Notes under the pieces: model-generated
The model's input: only the letters and a program-made list of their open reading frames with translations
Told to the model about the DNA's origin: nothing
The model's database searches: none
Translations under genes and position numbers: made by a program
In this document: piece after piece, positions 26,171 to 32,000 of the stretch
Layout: every line of letters begins with the position of its first letter
How positions within the stretch are numbered: the stretch's first letter is position 1
NCBI RefSeq assembly: GCF_000284115.1
Contig: NC_017080.1
Location: forward strand, 1,140,001-1,172,000
From: Phycisphaera mikurensis NBRC 102666
GTDB lineage: Bacteria; Planctomycetota; Phycisphaerae; Phycisphaerales; Phycisphaeraceae
Direction: 5' to 3'
Length of the DNA: 32,000 bases

Positions 26171-26790
26171 CAGGTGGCTCACACACTCCGTGCGTGTGGC
26201 TGCTGAGGAAGGCGGTGCAGCGGAGGTGCGCGAGCGGCGTCGGGGTGGCGTTGAAGCTGTTCGTTTCAGCGGGCGTCTACATCCACGGAGTGGATGAGCC
26301 ACCTGTGAATCAGGTGGCTCACGCACTTCGTGCTTGTGGCTGCTGAGGGGGGCGGTTCAGCGGAGGTGCGCGAGCGGCGTCGGGGTGGCGTTGAAGCTGT
26401 TCGTTTCAGCGGGCGTCTACATCCACGGAGTGGATGAGCCACCTGTGAATCAGGTGGCTCACGCACTTCGTGCTTGTGGCTGCTGAGGGGGGCGGTTCAG
26501 CGGAGGTGCGCGAGCGGCGTTGGGGCGGCGTTGTAGCTGTTCGTTTCAGTGGGCATCTACATCCACGGAGTGGATGAGCCACCTGCGGAGCGGATCAGGT
26601 GGCTCACGCACTTTGTGCGTGTGGCTGCTGAGGGGGGGCGGTTTAGCGGAGGTGCGCGAGCGGCGTCGGGGCGGCGTTGGAGCTGTTCGTTTCAGCGGGC
26701 GTCTACATCCACGGAGTGGATGAGCCACCTGCGGAGCGGATCAGGTGGCTCACGCACTTCGTGCGTGTGGCTGCTGAGGGGGGCGATTCA
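26171..26790. repeat. Tandem array of a 135/136-bp hairpin-dense element with 11-bp terminal inverted repeats (4 full copies plus 1 truncated)
   Basis: Copies lie at 26171-26305, 26311-26445, 26451-26585, 26596-26731 and 26742 to about 26790. Each full copy starts CAGGTGGCTCA and ends TGAGCCACCTG. The linkers are TGAAT (x2) or CGGAGCGGAT (x2). The periods are 140, 140, 145 and 146 bp, none a multiple of 3. Copies 2 and 3 differ at 5 positions. Confidence 0.95.
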
Positions 26791-27060
26791 GCCGAGATGC
26801 CCGCCGGCATCCGGCCCGGAACGCTGCGGCCGACGATCGGAGCCAGCGGCCGCTTCCACGCCGGCGGGTCTGCGTCCGCCGCGCACCGAGCCGCGGTGCT
26901 GGACGCGCTGCTCGCCCGCCTTGTCCGCGGCCACATGCGACGACGGCCGCGTGCGGATGGCCGTGCCCGAGAACGCGGGAGATCCCGGTCGCTTCAAGGC
27001 ACCCGCGGCCGGATTGGAGCCGCGGGTGCACGATTGGGTGGCTGACGGCTCAGCACCGTC

Positions 27061-27106
27061 CCGCGGACCGTGGCCGTTCTCCCGGGGGAACGACCTCGGT
27101 CCGCGG
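27061..27106 (-). terminator. Nested GC-rich hairpin just downstream of the PEP-CTERM gene stop (candidate terminator)
   Basis: CCGCGGACC (27061-27069) pairs with GGTCCGCGG (27098-27106). They enclose the inner palindrome GTTCTCCCGGGGGAAC. The structure starts 16 nt after the stop at 27122 on the minus strand. There is no U-tract. Confidence 0.35.
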
Positions 27107-27121
27107 ATGCCTGCCGCGCGC

Positions 27122-27838
27122 TCAGCCCCGCCGGCGGCCGAGCAGGGCGACGCCGCCGAGGGCCACCAGCGCGAGGCTGGCGGGCTCGGGGACGGTGTCG
27201 AAGGTGGCGGTGATGGCGAGGTCCTGGGCGTCGGTGGCGCCGCCGAGGAAGCCCGTGCCCGAGGGCGGACCGAAGAGAGCGGTGACGTCGAAGTTGCCCG
27301 TGCCGCCGAGGTTGGTGATCGGCGTGAAGACGCCGGGGCTGCTCTCCTCGAAGCCGACGAAGGCCACCGAGACGCCCAGCGGCGTGAGGTTGCCGGCGCC
27401 GTCGTCGGTCACGAAGACGGCGGAGTAGGGGGCGTCGTCGGTGTAGCTCAGCTCCAGGCCGCCGAACTCGAAGTCGTAGGCGGTGCCGTACACGGCGGAG
27501 GTGGTGTCGACGGTGTTGGTCGACACGCCAACCGCGTCTGCGGCGGTGAGCCCGCCGCTGAAGTCGAAGAAGGCGGCGGGCAGCACCGCGAGCAGCGTGG
27601 AGGTGGAGCCGACGCCGTCGCCGCCGGAGGTGAAGCCGAAGGTCTCGAGGAAGACCGAGTCGCTCGGGGCGAGGCCCGGGTCGGGCGTGGCGCCAAGCGA
27701 CGGCACGAAGCTCTGCCCGTAGGCCGTCGTCGCGCCACCCAGCGGGGTCGACAGCGTGAAGGGCACCGCGGCGGCGGTGCCGGTGACGGCGAGTGCGGCG
27801 GCGGTGGCGGCGAGGGTTCGGGCGGTGGGGAAGGACAT
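27122..27838 (-). CDS. PEP-CTERM-anchored secreted protein
   Basis: I trimmed the ORF to the ATG at 27838 (MSFPTARTLAATAAALAVTGTAAA signal peptide), with AGGAGA 5 nt upstream. The C-terminal VPEPASLALVALGGVALLGRRRG is a PEP-CTERM sorting signal. Confidence 0.8.
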   Translation of the reverse strand: MSFPTARTLAATAAALAVTGTAAAVPFTLSTPLGGATTAYGQSFVPSLGATPDPGLAPSDSVFLETFGFTSGGDGVGSTSTLLAVLPAAFFDFSGGLTAADAVGVSTNTVDTTSAVYGTAYDFEFGGLELSYTDDAPYSAVFVTDDGAGNLTPLGVSVAFVGFEESSPGVFTPITNLGGTGNFDVTALFGPPSGTGFLGGATDAQDLAITATFDTVPEPASLALVALGGVALLGRRRG

Positions 27839-27902
27839 GGGGTCTCCTGGGGAGTTCCGAAAGATGGCCCTGACGCGGGCGGCGAGCGACCGGAGTGGCC
27901 GC

Positions 27903-27920
27903 ATTCTGAACGTTCAGAAT
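27903..27920. promoter_or_regulatory. Perfect 18-bp LacI-type operator ATTCTGAACGTTCAGAAT
   Basis: Perfect CG-centred palindrome 65 bp upstream of the PEP-CTERM ATG and 44 bp downstream of the LacI-3 stop. It overlaps the candidate -10 box. Confidence 0.6.
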
Positions 27921-27943
27921 AACGGCCATCGAGGTGGGGTCAA
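27916..27943 (-). promoter_or_regulatory. Candidate sigma70-type promoter (minus strand): TTGACC, 16 nt, TATTCT
   Basis: On the minus strand TTGACC (27943-27938) and TATTCT (27921-27916) match the -35/-10 pattern. The spacing and the cTTGAC box are the same as in the 7135 promoter candidate. Confidence 0.4.
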
Positions 27944-27963
27944 GGCCGGTTCCGCCCCTGCCC

Positions 27964-29061
27964 TCAAGCCAGCGTCCGCACGCTCGCCCGCTCGATCAGC
28001 CGCGGGGCGGCCGGGGCGGGCAGCGGATCGCCGGACCCGAGGCCGAGCCGCTCGGCCGTGGACGCGGCTATGGCGGCGCAGCGGGCGTCGATGCCGTTGT
28101 CGACGGTGGTGAGCGCGGGCACCGTGTAGCCCGACTCGGGCACGTTGTCGTAGCCCATCACCGAGACGTCGCCCGGCACGGCGACGCCGCGGAGGTGCAG
28201 GGCCGAGAGCAGCGGGATCGCGATCTGGTCCGTCTTGGCGAGCACGGCGGTGGGGCGGGCGGCCGGCGGCGCGTCGATCCAGCGGCGCGTGAAGGCGTCG
28301 GCGGCCTCGAAGCTCTCGGCGTAGCTGCTGCGGTCGCCGCAGGGCAGCATCCACGCCTTGCGCTGAAGGCCGGCTTCAGAGAGCACGCGGGAGAAGCCTT
28401 GCTGCACCGAGCCGCGGCCGAGGCGGGCGTCGGCCGGCGGGTACGCGCCCAGGAACGCGATCCGCTCGTGGCCCCGCGCGAGCAGGAAGCCCGCGGCCGC
28501 GGCGCCGCCGGCGTCGTCGTCCATCGCGACCCCGCCCACCTTGGGCAGGTGGCCGATGGCGCCGAACGGGGTCACCGGCAGGCCCGAGGCCGTGAGCGCC
28601 CGAAGCTCGCCGAGCACCGCCTTGTCCCACGGGTACACCGGGCCGACCACCAGCCCGTCCACGCCGCGGCCGGACAGCCGCCCGGCCGCCTCCCGCAGCG
28701 CCCCCGCCTCGACCGAGGCGAGCACGATGAGCTCGGCGGTGAGCCCGCGGGCGAGCAGCTCGGCTTGCAGCCGCCCGTACAGCCGGGCGTAGAAAGGGTT
28801 CTCGAAGCCGTGGACCATCACCACCCCCACCCCGAAGCTCCGCCCGCGTCGGAGGTCCTGCGCGGCCCGAGCCGGGCGGTATCCCATCTCGGCGATGAGC
28901 GACGCGACCTTCTTCTGCGTCGCCTCCGCGTACCGGTCGGCCAACCCGCGGTTGACGATGTCCGAGACGGTCCCCACCGAGAGGCCCGAGGCCGCGGCCA
29001 CGTCCTTGAGCGTCACACGGGCGGGCGCGGCGGCGTTCGGAGCTCGGTTGGCGGCAGGCAA
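27964..29061 (-). CDS. LacI-family transcriptional regulator (LacI-3)
   Basis: HTH VTLKDVAAASGLSVGTVSDIVNRG...LIAEMGYRP, followed by a sugar-binding core. The track start is TTG at 29061. GTG at 29016 (VTLKDVA...) is the alternative start. Confidence 0.85.
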   Translation of the reverse strand: MPAANRAPNAAAPARVTLKDVAAASGLSVGTVSDIVNRGLADRYAEATQKKVASLIAEMGYRPARAAQDLRRGRSFGVGVVMVHGFENPFYARLYGRLQAELLARGLTAELIVLASVEAGALREAAGRLSGRGVDGLVVGPVYPWDKAVLGELRALTASGLPVTPFGAIGHLPKVGGVAMDDDAGGAAAAGFLLARGHERIAFLGAYPPADARLGRGSVQQGFSRVLSEAGLQRKAWMLPCGDRSSYAESFEAADAFTRRWIDAPPAARPTAVLAKTDQIAIPLLSALHLRGVAVPGDVSVMGYDNVPESGYTVPALTTVDNGIDARCAAIAASTAERLGLGSGDPLPAPAAPRLIERASVRTLA

Positions 29062-29106
29062 CGCCCTTTTGTAACGCTCTTGGGTGAAGCCGTGGCGGGA
29101 TCCGTC

Positions 29107-29135
29107 TTGACGCGGCCGGTCTTAACGTTCAGAAT
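29107..29135 (+). promoter_or_regulatory. Candidate sigma70-type promoter: TTGACG, 17 nt, CAGAAT
   Basis: TTGACG at 29107-29112 and CAGAAT at 29130-29135. The GH2 ATG at 29145 lies only 10 nt after the -10 box, which implies a leaderless or near-leaderless transcript. Confidence 0.4.
29118..29135. promoter_or_regulatory. Degenerate second copy of the LacI-3 operator (GGTCTTAACGTTCAGAAT)
   Basis: The right half-site GTTCAGAAT is identical to that of the perfect operator at 27903-27920. The left half matches 6 of 9 positions. It lies in the divergent LacI-3/GH2 region, overlapping the spacer and the -10 box. Confidence 0.45.
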
Positions 29136-29144
29136 GGCGATCTC

Positions 29145-31637
29145 ATGATTCCAGCCCCTCGCCACCGCTTCTGCCTCGACACCGGATGGCGCTTCAGCCT
29201 CGACGACCCCGATGCCCCCCGGGCGATCGCGTGGAGCGACGAGGAGCGGAGCCTGCTGGGCTTCGAGCCCGAGCTGGGCAAGGCCAACGGCGTGGTCTGG
29301 AGCAAGGCGGGCAAGTGCTACGGCCCGGCCGCGGCGGGCTTCGACGCCAGCGGCTGGCGGAGCGTCGACCTGCCGCACGACTGGTCCGTGGAGCGGGCGC
29401 CGGACCCGGCCTTCCCGCTGCGCAACGGCTTCCTCGCGATGGGCATCGGCTGGTACCACCGGCCGCTCCGCGTCGACCCGGCCTGGGCGGGCAAGCGGGT
29501 GACGCTCCGCTTCGACGGGATCTACCGCGACGCGACCGTCTTCGCCAACGGCCACGTGCTCGCCTTCCACCGCTCGGGTTACCTGCCGCTGGAGGTGGAC
29601 CTCAGCGACGTCCTCGACTTCGAGAACCCCGAGCACAACGCCATCGCCGTGCGGGTCGACGCTTCCGAGAAAGAGGGCTGGTTCTACGAGGGCTGCGGGA
29701 TCCACCGCCACGCGTGGCTGACGGTCACCGACCCGGTGCACCTGGTCACCGACGGCGTCTTCGCCCAGGTCGATTGGACGCCCGGCGAAGCGGCGAGCGT
29801 CGGGCTCTGGGCCGAGGTCGGCAACGCCGCGGACCGCGGCCTCGAGGCGGAGGTGGAGCACGCCGTCCGCGGCGCCGGCGGCGAGCTGGTGGCGGTGATG
29901 CGGGCCGCGGTCTTCGTGGAGCCCGGCGGCGTGTCGACCACCCGGCAGGCGCTGGTGATCGACTCGCCGCGGCCCTGGGGGCCGGAGGATCGGCACCGCT
30001 ACCGCGTGACGACGCGGCTCCGCGTCGATGGCCGGGTGGTCGACGCGCGGGAGGACCGCTTCGGGGTGCGGCACGTCGCCTTCGACGCGGCGACCGGCAT
30101 GAAGCTCAACGGGGAGCCGCTCAAGCTCAAGGGCGTCTGCTGCCATCCCGACCACGCCGGCGTCGGCTCCGCCCTGCCCGACGACCTGCAGGTGTGGCGG
30201 CTCGAGAAGCTGCGCGAGCTGGGCTGCAACGCGTACCGCGCGGCCCACAACCCGCCGACGCCGGAGGTTCTGGAGGCGTGCGACCGCCTGGGGATCCTCG
30301 TCATCGACGAGGCCCGCGTCTTCGGCGTCGGCGAGGAGCACCTCGGACAGCTGGAGTCGATGATCCGCCGCGACCGCAACCACCCCTGCGTCATCCTCTG
30401 GTCGCTGGCGAACGAGGAGATGCAGGTGCAGTGCACGCCCGTGGGCGCCCGGATGCTCAAGACGGCCCTGCGGCGGGCCCGCCGGCTCGACGCGACCCGC
30501 GGCTTCACCACCGCGGTGAACACCGGGTGGGACGGCGAGGTCGGGTTCATCGAGCACGCCGACGTCCACGGCATCAACTACTTCGGCAACGGCGACATCG
30601 ACGAGCTCCGCCGCGTGCGCCCCGACGTGCCGGTGATCCTCTCCGAAGGCGCGAGCGCCATCTGCACCCGCGGGGCGTACGCCAACGATCCCGCTGCGGG
30701 TTACGTCGCCGAGTACGACGACCACACGCCGCCGCCGGCCCACCCGCAGCTGATGCAGTGGCCGCACTGGGGCCGCTGTGCCGGGGACTCCTGGCGTCAG
30801 GTCGCCGCCCGCGCCGACGTCGCCGGCACCTTCGTCTGGACGGGCTTCGACTACCGGGGGGAGCAGACGCCCTACCAGCGTTGGCCCGGCACGGGCTCGC
30901 ACTTCGGCATCTACGACAGCTGCGGCTTCCCCAAGGACGGGACCTCCTACTACAGGGCTTGGTGGTCGGGCGAGCCCGTGCTGCACGTCTTCCCGCACTG
31001 GAGCTGGCCGGGCCGCGAGGGGGAGACGATCGACGTGTGGGCCTACAGCAACGCCGCGACGGTCGAGCTGTTCTGCAACGGCCGTTCGTGCGGCGAGCGG
31101 AGCATCCCGCGGAACGGGCACGCGTCGTGGCCGGTTCCTTACGAGGCCGGCGAGCTGTCGGCGGTCGCCCGCTGGGCCGACGGATCGGAGCGTCGGGCGG
31201 TCGTCGAGACCGCCGGCCCGGCGGTGGGCCTGCGGCTGGAGCGGGTCGCGCCCGAGCTGAGGCTCGCAACGACGCCGGTGCTCGCGGGCGATCCGCAGCC
31301 CCGGACGCTCGGCATCGTCCAGGTCGCCGTCGTCGACGCCGCCGGCCGCACCGTGCCCACAGCGATGGACCGCCTGACCTTCTCGCTCGACGGCGGGGCG
31401 GTCCTGCTCGGCTTGGGCAACGGCGACCCCAACGCCGACGGCATCGAGGCCCCGCGTTCCGCCACCGCCGAACGCGGCGCCTTCCACGGCCTGGCCCAGG
31501 CGCTGGTCGGCCTCGCCGCGGGCACCCCCGCGGTGCTGCGGGTGGCTGCCCCGGGCCTGGAGGCCGGCGAGCTCCTCCTCGACGCGGAGACCGCCGTCTC
31601 CACCGCCGCCCCGCGGACCGAGCGGGTTACCGGCTGA
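29145..31637 (+). CDS. Glycoside hydrolase family 2 (beta-galactosidase/beta-glucuronidase-like)
   Basis: 830-aa ORF. Sugar-binding domain: WRSVDLPHDWSVE, GWYHRPLRV, VTLRFDGIYRDATVFANGHVLAFHRSGYLPLEVDLSDVL. TIM barrel: NAYRAAHNPPTPEVLEACDRLGILVIDE and RNHPCVILWSLANEE (acid/base). No signal peptide is apparent. Confidence 0.85.
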   Translation: MIPAPRHRFCLDTGWRFSLDDPDAPRAIAWSDEERSLLGFEPELGKANGVVWSKAGKCYGPAAAGFDASGWRSVDLPHDWSVERAPDPAFPLRNGFLAMGIGWYHRPLRVDPAWAGKRVTLRFDGIYRDATVFANGHVLAFHRSGYLPLEVDLSDVLDFENPEHNAIAVRVDASEKEGWFYEGCGIHRHAWLTVTDPVHLVTDGVFAQVDWTPGEAASVGLWAEVGNAADRGLEAEVEHAVRGAGGELVAVMRAAVFVEPGGVSTTRQALVIDSPRPWGPEDRHRYRVTTRLRVDGRVVDAREDRFGVRHVAFDAATGMKLNGEPLKLKGVCCHPDHAGVGSALPDDLQVWRLEKLRELGCNAYRAAHNPPTPEVLEACDRLGILVIDEARVFGVGEEHLGQLESMIRRDRNHPCVILWSLANEEMQVQCTPVGARMLKTALRRARRLDATRGFTTAVNTGWDGEVGFIEHADVHGINYFGNGDIDELRRVRPDVPVILSEGASAICTRGAYANDPAAGYVAEYDDHTPPPAHPQLMQWPHWGRCAGDSWRQVAARADVAGTFVWTGFDYRGEQTPYQRWPGTGSHFGIYDSCGFPKDGTSYYRAWWSGEPVLHVFPHWSWPGREGETIDVWAYSNAATVELFCNGRSCGERSIPRNGHASWPVPYEAGELSAVARWADGSERRAVVETAGPAVGLRLERVAPELRLATTPVLAGDPQPRTLGIVQVAVVDAAGRTVPTAMDRLTFSLDGGAVLLGLGNGDPNADGIEAPRSATAERGAFHGLAQALVGLAAGTPAVLRVAAPGLEAGELLLDAETAVSTAAPRTERVTG

Positions 31638-31660
31638 TCGAGCCCGCGGTCCGCGGAGAC

Positions 31661-31677
31661 CTCGCGGCCCCCGCGAG
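31661..31677. terminator. Short GC hairpin between convergent genes (candidate bidirectional terminator)
   Basis: CTCGCGG-CCC-CCGCGAG, a 7-bp stem, lies in the 57-bp gap between the GH2 stop and the BNR-protein stop. There is no U-tract. Confidence 0.25.
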
Positions 31678-31694
31678 ACCGACGGGCTCCGGCG

Positions 31695-32000
31695 TCAATC
31701 GGCCCGGACGTGCCGCCAAACGCCGAAGCAGCCGGTGGTGACGATGAGGTCGCCGGTGTGCGGGTCCACGCGGACGGTCTGCGGCTCGCGGCCGCCGTCG
31801 AGCCCGTCGCCCGCGTCGCCGCCGCGGGCGAGCGGATCGGTGCGGTTGAGGTTCTCCCAGGTCGCGCCGCCATCGGTGCTGCGGAGCACGCCGGCGTCGG
31901 CGGTCTGCGTGTCCATGCGCTGGCCCGCGAAGACGCGGGAGCCGTCGGCGGGGTCGACGGCGACGGTGCGGACGCGGTGCTCGCCGGTGCCCACCGGCGG
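31695..32000 (-). CDS. BNR/Asp-box repeat (sialidase-like beta-propeller) protein, C-terminal fragment; gene continues past the window end
   Basis: An Asp-box SxDxGxTW is present in LRSTDGGATWENL, in propeller-like context (VAVDPADGSRVFAG, VRVDPHTGDLIVTT). The track begins the ORF at an internal GTG near 31994. The frame appears open to the window edge. Confidence 0.55.
   Translation of the reverse strand, partial: PPVGTGEHRVRTVAVDPADGSRVFAGQRMDTQTADAGVLRSTDGGATWENLNRTDPLARGGDAGDGLDGGREPQTVRVDPHTGDLIVTTGCFGVWRHVRAD

Noticed and set aside
26266-26728. Small ORFs inside the array (26266-26466 minus, 26520-26723 plus, 26546-26728 minus; 60-67 aa, e.g. MREPPDSQVAHPLRGCRRPLKRTA...)
   Set aside because: They exist only because the repeat is free of stop codons in some frames. 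The repeat period is not a multiple of 3, so the frame changes from copy to copy. The peptides are Arg/Pro-rich with no recognisable domain.
26171-26790. CRISPR array interpretation of the regularly spaced CAGGTGGCTCA / TGAGCCACCTG repeats
   Set aside because: The sequence between the short inverted repeats is itself conserved from copy to copy (5 to 6 substitutions per 135 bp). There are therefore no unique spacers. The unit is 140-146 bp rather than about 60-75 bp, the repeats alternate in orientation, and no cas genes are present in the window.

Overview
Very GC-rich bacterial window. Gene content points to Planctomycetota/PVC, possibly Phycisphaerae-like (inference only): DUF1559/H-X9-DG prepilin-type proteins, PEP-CTERM proteins, sulfatases and many glycoside hydrolases. 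Most of the window is a glycan-utilisation island built around three LacI-family regulators (5909-6994, 16864-17862, 27964-29061). Each sits beside a PEP-CTERM protein and/or a DUF1559 pseudopilin-like protein plus GH genes (GH78-like, GH51-like, DUF5060-type, a clan GH-A enzyme, GH2, and a BNR/Asp-box protein at the right edge). LacI-type palindromic operators overlapping sigma70-like promoters are readable for two of the regulators. Housekeeping-type genes are interspersed: an Fpg/Nei glycosylase, a TAXI-type binding protein, two tRNA-Thr, a double-M16 peptidase and a three-gene ABC-2 (DUF990-like) transporter operon. The most unusual signal is a non-coding tandem array (26171 to about 26790) of four full copies and one partial copy of a 135-bp, hairpin-dense element bounded by 11-bp inverted repeats. 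It ends 20 bp upstream of the ABC ATPase start codon. The same operon carries an (GAAGCGAA)n octamer microsatellite between its two permease genes. Many long ORFs in the six-frame track are high-GC shadow ORFs or 5' over-extensions, and I trimmed or rejected them.
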